From: Limnochordaceae bacterium
GTDB lineage: Bacteria; Bacillota; Limnochordia; Limnochordales; DUMU01
Length of the DNA stretch: 64,000 bases
Direction of reading: 5' to 3'
NCBI GenBank assembly: GCA_014896305.1
Contig: JADBKQ010000009.1
Span: forward strand, 26,413 to 90,412
Part shown: piece after piece, positions 28,839 to 38,197 of the stretch
How positions within the stretch are numbered: the stretch's first letter is position 1
How the letters are laid out: every line of letters begins with the position of its first letter
Position numbers and translations under genes: made by a program
Notes under the pieces: generated by a model
Seen by the model: the letters and a program-made list of their open reading frames with translations, nothing else
The model's database searches: none
What the model was told of the DNA's origin: nothing

Positions 28839-30152
28839 CTACTCCAACGTCTTCTTGTTCCGTTCCTGGCGCTCGGCCAGTTGACCCTGTTGGTTGAGCC
28901 ATTCCAGTGCTGCCGACGGTGAGCTTCCTTCAATCAGGACCAGTTGGTACGCTTTCCGCAGGAACTCGTCATCGAGCCGGCGGGTCGTCCAGGGAGTCGG
29001 CACTCCGTGGCGGACGGAGTCCATCACCGGCCGTAACAAGGGGTCCTGCACGTACTCATCACGCTGTAGCTCGGACAGGCGAGAGGGAAGTTCACCGGTA
29101 GCCACGGTATAGATGCGTTCCGCCTCAGCTGAGGTGACGAACTGGATCCACTCTGTAGCTGGCGCCACGGGGGCTTTCTTGGAGACCACCAAAGCCCAGT
29201 TGGTGAGCAGGGAAGCTTGGGAGCCCCCCGCAGTGGCAGCCGGCGCTTCGACCACACCGAACTTCAAGTTGGGTACGGTGGCACGGAAACTGCCGATCAT
29301 GCCTGGATGAGCCCAGACAAAACCCAGCTGCTCCTTGCGGAAGAATGTCCAGCGATCGACACCGGGATCTTCCACCTTGTAGCGCTGTACCAAGTCCAGG
29401 GCGTACTGGAACCCTTTCGCCGCTCCCGGATCGTTGAACGCGGGCAGGTCCAGCGCTTTGTCCCAGAGGGGGGAGCCAGCCTGGATCATCAGGGTGGCCA
29501 AAACCGGCCCGTAGCCCCCCGTGGCGGCCCCTTCGATCTGGGTCTTGCCTTGCGCGTCCTGCTTGAGGATCTTTCTGGCCTGCGACACCACCTCATCCCA
29601 CGTACGCGGCGGACGGTTGGCATCCAGACCCGCCTGTTCCATCAGATTGGGGTTATAGAAGAAAACGATGGTCTGCGCGTCTACGGGGAGCCCATAATAC
29701 CTCCCGTCCAGCTTCAGATGAGCGACGGTAGCGGGAGCGAACTCCTTGTCCACTTGCGCCGTCGACACCAGACGAGAGTCGAGGGGCTGGATCGCTCCAA
29801 CGGATTTATAGCCCGGCACCATGCCGGCGGGCAGCTGGAAGGTATCTGGTCCCAAGTTGGTCGCCAGCGCTGTGATCAACTTCGAGAAAAACTCCGATTC
29901 GTCATAAAACTGGAGCTTGACCTGGACGTCCTTGTGGGACTTGTTGAACATGGCGGCGAGCTGCTCGATCACCTTATCCCGGGCCGGTGACGAGTGTTGC
30001 CAATGTGTAATCACGACAGGGCCGGAGGCCGCGCTAGCGACATACCCCGCTGCCCCCAGGCTGGCCAGGCTCAAACCGGCGGTCACCGCCGTCGCTACCA
30101 GTCCCCTCCTCAAGGCTTGCGTGGCCTGCTCGAAAAAGGCAAAGCGTTCCAT
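28839..30152 (-). CDS. ABC-transporter extracellular solute-binding protein (family 1, sugar/oligosaccharide type); no permease or ATPase genes nearby
   Basis: Signal/anchor segment, then the typical SBP_bac_1 pattern (ITHWQH..., YFYNPNLMEQAGLD, WALVVSKKAP). ATG at 30152 has an AGGAGG SD with a 7-nt spacer. Confidence 0.85.
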   Translation of the reverse strand: MERFAFFEQATQALRRGLVATAVTAGLSLASLGAAGYVASAASGPVVITHWQHSSPARDKVIEQLAAMFNKSHKDVQVKLQFYDESEFFSKLITALATNLGPDTFQLPAGMVPGYKSVGAIQPLDSRLVSTAQVDKEFAPATVAHLKLDGRYYGLPVDAQTIVFFYNPNLMEQAGLDANRPPRTWDEVVSQARKILKQDAQGKTQIEGAATGGYGPVLATLMIQAGSPLWDKALDLPAFNDPGAAKGFQYALDLVQRYKVEDPGVDRWTFFRKEQLGFVWAHPGMIGSFRATVPNLKFGVVEAPAATAGGSQASLLTNWALVVSKKAPVAPATEWIQFVTSAEAERIYTVATGELPSRLSELQRDEYVQDPLLRPVMDSVRHGVPTPWTTRRLDDEFLRKAYQLVLIEGSSPSAALEWLNQQGQLAERQERNKKTLE

Positions 30153-30391
30153 ATTCCAACCTCCTGTCTGAATCCAGCGCCTTCCTGCGACTGCCAGCAT
30201 CTCCTTGCCTCTGTACCGCCTCAGCCTCAGTGCCCCCCTATCCGCACGTGGACCGCCGCTGTCGTGAACCGGAATTCTCACCCCCTTTCCTCTTCTTGAG
30301 CCGTTTTGAGCCTTCGGAAACTTTTCCAGCCTATTCTCGGGTAAACTGTGCCCGCTCGCGGCCTTCGCTGGGAGCTACGGCCGGCCGGCCA

Positions 30392-31384
30392 TCACGAGCC
30401 CACAGCCAGACTGCCGGCCTGCCCCGTCGCTGCCGGCTCGGACGCCGTCGCGGCAGATCCCGAGAGGGTGAGCAACGCCGCAGAAACCGCCTGCAGCTGA
30501 GCGACCAGCGGCAAGTGGTCGGAGCCCACGCTGTCGATGGTCCACACCCGCCTCACCTGGAGGGCGGCCGACGCGAAAATGTAATCGATCCGCATGTTGG
30601 GACGGCCATCGGGCGAGTCATAAGCAAAGGTTGGCCGTGGATCTCCATCCTGTGCTTGTGCGACTGCAGCTACATCCTGCAGTTGCGTCGTTACCAGGCT
30701 GACCTCGGGCGAGTCGGGCCGATCGTTCCAGTCGCCCATGAGGATCGTCGGGCCACGAAAGCTCTGCAGTCGTGCCAAGATCTGGCGTACGTGGTCCACT
30801 CGCTCGCTACGGCTCAGGCCCAGATGGGTGACGGCCACCTGCCAGCACTCCGTACCCACCTGCACCTCGGCCCGCAACAGGACCCGGTCCTCGCGCGTCC
30901 CTTGCTTGGGTAATAGAAGGATCTCGGTGCTTCCTGGCACGATCGGGTAACGCGATAGCAGAGCGTTGCCGTAACCGGCCTCGGCCCCCAGGAGACTTGG
31001 CCGCTTCAATGCGGGTGCAAAGACATACTGCATGCCCAGCCGCTTGGCCAACCAGGAGGCCTCCTCCAGAAACTGTGAACGGGCCGCCCAATTCTCATCG
31101 ACTTCCTGGAGCCCTACCAGATCCGCCCCGGCCTGTTCGATGACGCTGGCAATCCGTTCGAGATCGAACTTGCCGTCCCGCCCTTGACCGTGGTGGATGT
31201 TATAGGTCATCACTGTCAACGTCACCCCAGCTCCCTCCGGTATTGCTTGGTCAACTGCCGTCGTCAGATCCGTCGAACCCTCCTCGCCGGCTCCCACTCC
31301 CTGAGCAGAAAGGAGTAAGAGCGAGAGAAGGACGACCCCCCGCGTGACTCGACCCAGCCGACCCTGTTGGAATCTCCGTGCCAT
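30392..31384 (-). CDS. Secreted endonuclease/exonuclease/phosphatase (EEP) family protein
   Basis: Signal peptide VVLLSLLLLSAQG. EEP motifs VMTYNIHHG, VGLQEVD, LMGDWN and SDHLPL. ATG at 31384 has a GGGAGGG SD. Confidence 0.8.
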   Translation of the reverse strand: MARRFQQGRLGRVTRGVVLLSLLLLSAQGVGAGEEGSTDLTTAVDQAIPEGAGVTLTVMTYNIHHGQGRDGKFDLERIASVIEQAGADLVGLQEVDENWAARSQFLEEASWLAKRLGMQYVFAPALKRPSLLGAEAGYGNALLSRYPIVPGSTEILLLPKQGTREDRVLLRAEVQVGTECWQVAVTHLGLSRSERVDHVRQILARLQSFRGPTILMGDWNDRPDSPEVSLVTTQLQDVAAVAQAQDGDPRPTFAYDSPDGRPNMRIDYIFASAALQVRRVWTIDSVGSDHLPLVAQLQAVSAALLTLSGSAATASEPAATGQAGSLAVGS

Positions 31385-31457
31385 CCTTAGCCCTCCCTGC
31401 CCCCTCGACGATCTGCCCGCGACCCCCTCAACCACCACGCCTTTCGCACCCGCCGGC

Positions 31458-32687
31458 TCAGTGGGCCAGCCGTTCTAGCACAGCGGATCGTCCTCCTTGC
31501 CCCGCAGCCCCCCACCACCGTTCGCGAAACCAGGCGACCGCCCCTCGCCAGCAGGCCTCCTCTCCCAATCGCCCGCCGTCGATCCGGATCGTCTCACGAT
31601 ATGTGGGAAGGCCGTGGGTCTGCACGGCCCGGCGCAACGTGGCCAGCATCCGGTCAGGATCGAGTCGATAAACACTTCCCTCTACGAGAACCACATCTGG
31701 ATCGAGGAGATTGACGACGTTGGCCGTGACGATCCCCAGCCGTGCCCAGGCTTCCTCAACGACCTGGGTCACCAGGGGGTCGCCTGCCGCCAGCGCTCGC
31801 CCCAAAGTGGCCAGATCGACACGGTTGAGATCTCCGCCGGCCAGCTGCCGCAAGACCGACTGCTGGTCCACCCAGACCAACCGGGAAGCCTGTCCCACCA
31901 GAGCCGGTTCGGAGGCGATCATACCCAGGCAACCCCGGTTGCCACAACGGCAGGGAGGCCCCTCCGGGCTGACTGTAAAATGACCCAGCTCGCCGGCGCT
32001 CCCCCGGCTACCCATATACAGCTGGCCATCTTGAACGAAACCCAGTCCGATCCCCTGGTCTATCCACAGGTAGAGCAGGCGACGGCACCCCTGCCCAGCC
32101 CCCCAGCTCGACTCCCCCAGTGCTGCCATATCCACGTCGTTGCCGACCACCGCCGGCAATCCCGTCCACGTTCGCAGGTACTCCCCCAGCGCTGCGTCGC
32201 GCAAGCCCAGGGGAGAGGAGTAAAGCACCATGCCAGCAGGATCGATCACGCCAGGGACACAAACCGCCCAACCGGTGGGGCGTCGGCCGTGGCGCGACAG
32301 GGCTTCGGTCAAAAGCTGGCGCAAGGCTGGCAGGACAGCGTCTGCAGATTCGTCGGCAGGCCACGAAACCTGGAGTTTTTCGCCATCCCCCGCCGCCGTC
32401 TCCACTTCCGTGCCATCCAGGTCAAACCAGCGTAATCCGGCCCAGCCCGGACGCACCCGGACGACCCCAATCCGCTGACCTGTGGGAGCCAGGACCCAGC
32501 GGGCCGCCGGGCGACCTCCGCCCGAAGCCTGCGTTCCGTCCGGACGAATCCATCCCTGGGCCGCCAGCGCCTGCACGGCCTGCCAGACCGCCGTCGCGCT
32601 GCCGCCCGTCAATCGACCGAGCTGGCTGCGGGTCAACGGTCCCCGCCGGGATAACCAGAGAAGCACCTGCCGTTGCTGAGAAGTCAC
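31458..32687 (-). CDS. ROK-family transcriptional regulator (N-terminal winged HTH plus ROK sugar-binding domain)
   Basis: The wHTH QRQVLLWLSRRGPLTRSQLGRLTGGSATAVWQAV is followed by a ROK domain with the Cys-rich zinc motif GPPCRCGNRGCLG. GTG at 32687 follows GGAG with a 6-nt spacer (longest ORF reaches 32729). Confidence 0.8.
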   Translation of the reverse strand: MTSQQRQVLLWLSRRGPLTRSQLGRLTGGSATAVWQAVQALAAQGWIRPDGTQASGGGRPAARWVLAPTGQRIGVVRVRPGWAGLRWFDLDGTEVETAAGDGEKLQVSWPADESADAVLPALRQLLTEALSRHGRRPTGWAVCVPGVIDPAGMVLYSSPLGLRDAALGEYLRTWTGLPAVVGNDVDMAALGESSWGAGQGCRRLLYLWIDQGIGLGFVQDGQLYMGSRGSAGELGHFTVSPEGPPCRCGNRGCLGMIASEPALVGQASRLVWVDQQSVLRQLAGGDLNRVDLATLGRALAAGDPLVTQVVEEAWARLGIVTANVVNLLDPDVVLVEGSVYRLDPDRMLATLRRAVQTHGLPTYRETIRIDGGRLGEEACWRGAVAWFRERWWGAAGQGGRSAVLERLAH

Positions 32688-32928
32688 GGCACACTCCTGT
32701 CCCTGTAGGGTGTTGGATATATAAGCCACGGGTTAGTTCTACGTAAGCCAGGTGATTCCTCCGGAAATGTGTGAAACTCAGCAGAATAGAGGGTTAACAG
32801 CGTGTGAAGCAGGCAATAGTTCTTTTTAAAACGGATAAAAGTCCGGACCTATCGCAAGGCCACCCCGACCAGCAGCGGATCTGCCCGCCAGCCCGGGTGG
32901 CCGAGAGGTAGTTAGAGGAAGGCAAGGG

Positions 32929-33747
32929 TCAGCGGGCGAACCAGTGCTGCCCGATGACCGTCACCACAGGACGACTCCAGATCCAGGAGTTGGTCGTTTT
33001 CGCCGGATTCCAGTAGTAGACGGCCCCTCCGGTCGGATCCCACCCGTTTTGGGCTGCGTCCACAGCCCGGTAGGCCTCGGCATTCGGGGGTAAATTGATC
33101 TGCCCGTCATCGACCGAGGAGAAAGCGCCTGGCTCATAGATGATGCCGGCAACGCTCCGGGGCCAACGACCGTAGGGATCGTCGCGGCGGTTGAGGATGA
33201 CTGCCGCGACTGCCACCTGCCCGGCAAAGGATTCCCCGCGAGCCTCCGCATAAACGGCCCGAGCCAAAAGCTCCCGGTCCGACGCGGATAACCAACCCCG
33301 GGCCGGCTCGGCCGGCGGTACCCGCGAAACGGTGGGTGCAGGACGCTCGCCGGACTGCTGCGGCCAGGGAGTGCGCCCCGTCGTTGCCTCTTCATGGGTC
33401 GCTGGCCCCACTACCGCGGTAGTTGCCTGCCGCACTCGAGGCCGCAAATCTGCACGGTCCAGCTGCGCTGCCTGGCGATCATGACGCGGTTCGAACCGCT
33501 CTGCTCCCTCCGTGCCCGGCGCGATCCCAAACGGCCATGCCCCCAGGGGGCTGGGCAAGCGGCTCAATTGCACAGGATCCAGCGACCAGGCCGCCGAGAC
33601 CGGCAGTTGCAGCTGCGCGCGGGACGACGCCTCCACCGGCGGTTCACCCGCTACCAGAACCAAAGGCAGAAGGCTCGTGCCCGCCAGAGCCAAACTGACC
33701 AGTGCGCTCACACCTTTCAGCACCCAGCCGCGCTCTCCACTCCTCAA
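32929..33747 (-). CDS. SleB/CwlJ-family cell-wall (spore cortex-lytic type) hydrolase
   Basis: C-terminal Hydrolase_2 domain: LLARAVYAEARGE, VAVAAVILNR, GAFSS and GAVYYWNP. TTG at 33747 follows AGGAGGGAG and yields a signal peptide (longest ORF reaches 33873 without an SD). Confidence 0.8.
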   Translation of the reverse strand: MRSGERGWVLKGVSALVSLALAGTSLLPLVLVAGEPPVEASSRAQLQLPVSAAWSLDPVQLSRLPSPLGAWPFGIAPGTEGAERFEPRHDRQAAQLDRADLRPRVRQATTAVVGPATHEEATTGRTPWPQQSGERPAPTVSRVPPAEPARGWLSASDRELLARAVYAEARGESFAGQVAVAAVILNRRDDPYGRWPRSVAGIIYEPGAFSSVDDGQINLPPNAEAYRAVDAAQNGWDPTGGAVYYWNPAKTTNSWIWSRPVVTVIGQHWFAR

Positions 33748-33893
33748 CGCACTCCCTCCTCTCCGGCATAGCTGCCTAAGATTTTGCCTCCCGCCTGCTG
33801 ACAGCGGGTTGCGGCAGCCCCGTTTGCCGGGGCGCGCCGCGGCTTCAGCCCAACGAGCAGCGCAGAGAGGCAATCAAAGCGCAAACACAGACT

Positions 33894-33922
33894 ATTCTAA
33901 ATATTGCGGACGACCTTGTCTA
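33894..33922 (-). promoter_or_regulatory. Candidate sigma-A-type promoter upstream of the first SleB-like gene
   Basis: Minus strand reads TAGACA, 17 nt, TAGAAT (5/6 and 5/6 matches to consensus). Confidence 0.45.
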
Positions 33923-33970
33923 CCCCTGCCCGGGCAAATGCCACGGCCAGGGATAAAAGGGCTGGTTGAC

Positions 33971-34729
33971 TCAGAGTGTGAACGCGTGAGAGCCGATCAC
34001 CACCTGCACACTCCGCTTTTGCCACCAGCCCTGCTGCCCCACCACCTGGGGATTGTAAAAGAAAAGCGCTCCTCCAGTCGGGTCGACCCCTTGCAAAGCC
34101 GTGAGCGCGGCAGCACGCGAAAGCTCGTCAGGCTGGATCTGTGCAAAACCAGGGCTCGCCGCCGGTGGGAACTGGCCAGGCTGTCGGATGACCCCTTCGA
34201 TGCTGGCCGGAAAGCCGTCATGATGCATCCGGTTGATCACCACTGCCGCCACTGCCACCCGCCCCCAGAACGGCTCCTGACCTGCCTCCGCCTGCACCAG
34301 GCGGGCCAGCATCTCTACTTCGTCGGCAGAGGCGTGAATCGCGAGTTCACCCCGGGAAGCCAGCTGCCGGGTGGGAGGAGGCGTCACCATGAGGATCTGC
34401 CCCACGCTGAGCCGATCGGGGTCAGCCAACTGGTTCCAGGCCACCAAATCACTTACGCGCACACCCAAGCGCCGCGCAATCACGGTCAGGTTGTCGCCGG
34501 GCCGCACCCGGTAGAAGGGTGCGGAACTGGTTTGTTGGCCGTTAGCTGGTTTTTGCTTGTTTGAACTTGAACTGGAGGAAGAACTGGAGCTAGCCGCAGC
34601 AGCTGTTGAAGAGCGGCCGGCCCAGGTCCACAGGTTTGCAGGCAACCCGAACATCACGAGACAGAAAGCGGACAGCGCCACTACCAGGCTGACAAAAAGA
34701 TGTGGGCTGGTCGTGCGTTGTGGCGGCAT
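33971..34729 (-). CDS. LysM-domain SleB-family cell-wall hydrolase
   Basis: TM/signal segment, a run of 13 serines, LysM (YRVRPGDNLTVIARRLGVRVSDLVAWNQL), then Hydrolase_2 motifs LARLVQAEAGQE, VAVAAVVINR and GALFFYNP. Confidence 0.85.
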   Translation of the reverse strand: MPPQRTTSPHLFVSLVVALSAFCLVMFGLPANLWTWAGRSSTAAAASSSSSSSSSSNKQKPANGQQTSSAPFYRVRPGDNLTVIARRLGVRVSDLVAWNQLADPDRLSVGQILMVTPPPTRQLASRGELAIHASADEVEMLARLVQAEAGQEPFWGRVAVAAVVINRMHHDGFPASIEGVIRQPGQFPPAASPGFAQIQPDELSRAAALTALQGVDPTGGALFFYNPQVVGQQGWWQKRSVQVVIGSHAFTL

Positions 34730-34790
34730 CTCGTCTCCTCCTTGAATACAAACTATGGTACGGCTGCCTGGGCAGCATCCAACTTGACGG

Positions 34791-37127
34791 TTATTCTGCC
34801 CTGTTTTGGATGAAATCGATCACTCGGGGTAATAGCTCGGCCCAACGCCCCGTCCAGGGCACCAATCCGAGCGAACGCCAAAACACCGCTCCGTACGGCT
34901 TTTGCACCAGCCGGGGATCGAGGACTACGATCGCTCCCCGGTCCGTCGCCGTTCGGAGCAACCGCCCGCAGCCCTGGCGAAAGTGAGTAACCGCCTGCGG
35001 CAGGAACCAATCGCGAAACGGTGAACCGCCCTCCTGTTGCACCCGCTCCGCACGAGCGGCCACCAGCGGCTCATCCGGCACCGGAAAGGGCAAGCGAGCC
35101 ACTACGACGCACGAAAGCAACGGGCCGGCCAGGTCCAAACCTTCCCAAAAACTGTCGGTCGCCAACAAAACGGCATTCTGCCCCACCACACGGGTGAATG
35201 CCTGCACCAGCTGAGAACGGGGGCGCTCCCCTTGCGCCAACCAAGTGAAGCCGGATAGCTCCGGGCGGGCAGCCAACTGCTCCCGGGTCGCTTGCAGGTG
35301 CGCGTATGACGTGAAAAGCACCAGCGTACGTCCTTGCACCCCGGCAACCAGGGGGGCCAGAAGGCGAGCTGTCTGCTCAGCCAGCACCGGGCCGTCCAGT
35401 CTGTCGGGCGCAGCAATGTCTGTCGGAACAGCCAGGCAAGCCTGCTCCTGCCAGTGAAACGGGCTCGGCAAAGCCAACCAGTCGGCCCGAGGGACTCCCC
35501 ATCGGCGGGCGTAAAACCGTCCTTCCCCGCCCACCGACAACGTGGCGGAAGTGAGTACCACCGCCGCTGTCGTTCCGAAGAAGGAGCGCTGCAACAGCGC
35601 CCCCACTTCCAGGGGAGCGGCATGCAACCGTACCTCTCCCCCTGCCGCGCCGTTGGGAGCCTCAGGCCGCCCTGCCCGCCCTCGCGTTCCCTCCACCCAG
35701 AAGACCTGGTCGGGGTCATCAGCCCGAATCAACTCCACCAGTGAGGCCGCAGCCATTTCGGCCTGGTGGGCCGCATTCTCCCAGGCCTGTACTTGTAACA
35801 GGATCATTAACTCTGACGTGGACGGAGCTAGCCGGGTTCGATCGGCATTCTGGATAACGTTGGCTGTCACCACCCCGGCCCGCGCCGTTACCGCTCCCAC
35901 CCCGGCGTCAGTCTCGTCGCCCAGCTTGCCTCTCCTGCCGGCAGCTGCCGGACCGACCTGGCTTCCTGCCTCACCCACCTTTCCGTCTTCCAGCAGCTGC
36001 CGCGCCTCGCTGGCCCGCTGCCTCAACGCAGAAACCAGTTGGTTGAATCCTATCTGGATACTTTCTGCCTCCTGAACTAGCTCCTGCCAGTCGCTGGATG
36101 ACCGCCTGGTTTTATCAATCCGCAACGAATGGGATGCCGGGCTGGCAGCCAATAACAGCGTTTGCAGCCGGTCGAACAGGCGGCGGATCGCCGCCATTAG
36201 CTCCCGTTGGGAAGCATCACGAGCCTGTTGAGCAATGCGAAAAAGGCGCCCAGAACTCACTTGCTCCCCGAGGCACTGGGAGGCCACCTCCTCGAGGTGA
36301 TGCGCCTCATCCACCACCACCTCACGGACCTCCGGCAGGATCGACATTTCCCGGCCCACCGTCTCACCCAGGGAACGGATGGCCGCGTCCGTCAACAGCA
36401 AATGCTGGTTGGTTACGATCAGCTCTGCTTGTTGCAGCCGGCGGCGGGCCAGGAAGAAGAAGCAGTTGTCATAGTGCGGGCAGTGGGCCCGCAGGCACGA
36501 ATCGGGCGAAGCTGCAACCTGCGCCCAGATGGGATCAGGCAACGGCAGGCTGAGATCGGAACGAGAGCCCTCCTGGGTCTGGGCCGCCCAGCGACCCAGA
36601 GCCTCTGGGATCTCCGCAGCTCCGTCCCCGGCCGGCTCGGACTCCTCCGAATCCAGCAGACTGGACAACGGAAGAATCTCCCCAAATAAGGCCGGCTGTT
36701 GCGCTAACTGCAGCTGCAGGCGACAAAGATAATTGCTCCAGCCCTTGGCTAGCGCAAACCGGACTGGCTGCTGCTCCCAGCGCAGATAGCTGGCGCGTGG
36801 CCACTGTGCCAACGCTTGCTGCACGATGGGCAGGTCGTGGTGGATGAGCTGCTCTTGCAAATGGATGGTGTAGGTGGCAATGATCACCGGACGGCCCTCT
36901 TCGCGGGCCCGGATCGCTGCCGGCAACAGATAGGCCAGGGACTTGCCCGTACCTGTCCCGGCCTCGACTAGCAGCTGTCCACCCTGGCGAAACTGCCGGG
37001 CCACCCGGGTGGCCATCTCAACCTGGGCAGGACGCGCCTCATACGCTGACCCAAAAAGCCGGGCCAACGGCCCGGTGGGGGAGAAGAACTCAGCGATCGC
37101 TTCCTGCTCCAGCAGAGACTGAGCCAA
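34791..37127 (-). CDS. dinG: DinG/Rad3-family ATP-dependent DNA helicase (no exonuclease domain seen)
   Basis: Walker A VEAGTGTGKSLAYLLP, DEAH box VVDEAHHLEE, and C-terminal helicase motifs (LFTSY, ATDSFWEGLD, VVARLPFP). Confidence 0.85.
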   Translation of the reverse strand: MAQSLLEQEAIAEFFSPTGPLARLFGSAYEARPAQVEMATRVARQFRQGGQLLVEAGTGTGKSLAYLLPAAIRAREEGRPVIIATYTIHLQEQLIHHDLPIVQQALAQWPRASYLRWEQQPVRFALAKGWSNYLCRLQLQLAQQPALFGEILPLSSLLDSEESEPAGDGAAEIPEALGRWAAQTQEGSRSDLSLPLPDPIWAQVAASPDSCLRAHCPHYDNCFFFLARRRLQQAELIVTNQHLLLTDAAIRSLGETVGREMSILPEVREVVVDEAHHLEEVASQCLGEQVSSGRLFRIAQQARDASQRELMAAIRRLFDRLQTLLLAASPASHSLRIDKTRRSSSDWQELVQEAESIQIGFNQLVSALRQRASEARQLLEDGKVGEAGSQVGPAAAGRRGKLGDETDAGVGAVTARAGVVTANVIQNADRTRLAPSTSELMILLQVQAWENAAHQAEMAAASLVELIRADDPDQVFWVEGTRGRAGRPEAPNGAAGGEVRLHAAPLEVGALLQRSFFGTTAAVVLTSATLSVGGEGRFYARRWGVPRADWLALPSPFHWQEQACLAVPTDIAAPDRLDGPVLAEQTARLLAPLVAGVQGRTLVLFTSYAHLQATREQLAARPELSGFTWLAQGERPRSQLVQAFTRVVGQNAVLLATDSFWEGLDLAGPLLSCVVVARLPFPVPDEPLVAARAERVQQEGGSPFRDWFLPQAVTHFRQGCGRLLRTATDRGAIVVLDPRLVQKPYGAVFWRSLGLVPWTGRWAELLPRVIDFIQNRAE

Positions 37128-37234
37128 CCAGGACCACCTTTCGCCCGAGAGAGCTTGACCACACTCCTTTATTCATTCGAGGTCGGTGGGGCCAACTCCT
37201 GCCCGGGACGCGGCGATTCGCCACCGCCTCTTGT

Positions 37235-38197
37235 TCACCGCCCCCATTCGTCCAGCCGGCGCCAGAAGGGGTGGCGGGCAATCCAATCAGACAGGGAATG
37301 GCGTTCACAATACCAGTGGAAGGAAACCAAGAGGGACGCCACCAGCCACCAGCTCCAGCTGGGCAGTAGTGCCGCCCAGACCCACCCCGCCCACAAGCCC
37401 AGGACATTGGCGCCACTGTCCCCCATCATCAATTCGCCACGCCCGTCCCCGGGAGCGTAAGCAGCCAGCGCCACTGCTGCCCCGGCGAGCAACCACATAC
37501 TCTGCTGGTTCCAGAGCGCCGGGCCGGAAAGGAGGCTGCCGGGCAGCCCAGGAACGGAGTGATAGCCCACCCCGGTTGCGGCCCACGTCACCAGGTTGGT
37601 CAACAACGATATGCCCAGGGGCAGTCCCGCCAGTCCCAAAAAAGCCTTGGCGGCTCGCCCCGGCCGCAGATCCAACAAGTTGAACGTGTTGCTGCTCAAA
37701 GCCAGCACCATCGCCAGCACCAGACGACTGGGCAACTGGCCAGCCCCACCCCTGAACCCCCAAAGGGAGAACCTTGTATCCACTGGCCACCCTCCGGCCA
37801 CCCACAATCCCACCAGCCCTCCTACCGCCGCTTTGAGGAGCCCGGTAGACAGCCGGCCTTCCTTGTGCCAGGCCCGCAGGTGGCCCCGCCAGCCTCGGTC
37901 CAGGTGGTTGCCCGCTGCATCATCCAGCAATCCGACCAGAGCCATTCCCAGGGAGGCCGCGATCCAGGTGGAAGCCAGCCGGCGATCGATCCAGCCCACA
38001 CCGGAGGCCAGGGCGGCAGAGACCAGAGCCGGGAGCAGAAATGCCAGCCCCACGGCGACGGGCAACTGGCGCTCTTGGTAGTTGCTTCGCACCAGACCCC
38101 CTTGGGCCAGGGTACTGGCCAGAAGGGGGGTTAGCCCCCAAGCGGCCAGAGCCGTCCAGATCAGGAGCAGGAGCAGGCCAAACACCATCTCGCTCAC
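37235..38197 (-). CDS. Polytopic membrane protein of the MraY/WecA (glycosyltransferase family 4, polyprenyl-phosphate sugar-1-P transferase) type, divergent
   Basis: About 9 hydrophobic segments. LLDDAAGN, SNTFNLLDLRPGRA (compare NAxNxxDGxDG) and MMGDSGANVLG resemble family motifs. Its start overlaps the GT2 stop by 4 nt. Confidence 0.6.
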   Translation of the reverse strand: MSEMVFGLLLLLIWTALAAWGLTPLLASTLAQGGLVRSNYQERQLPVAVGLAFLLPALVSAALASGVGWIDRRLASTWIAASLGMALVGLLDDAAGNHLDRGWRGHLRAWHKEGRLSTGLLKAAVGGLVGLWVAGGWPVDTRFSLWGFRGGAGQLPSRLVLAMVLALSSNTFNLLDLRPGRAAKAFLGLAGLPLGISLLTNLVTWAATGVGYHSVPGLPGSLLSGPALWNQQSMWLLAGAAVALAAYAPGDGRGELMMGDSGANVLGLWAGWVWAALLPSWSWWLVASLLVSFHWYCERHSLSDWIARHPFWRRLDEWGR

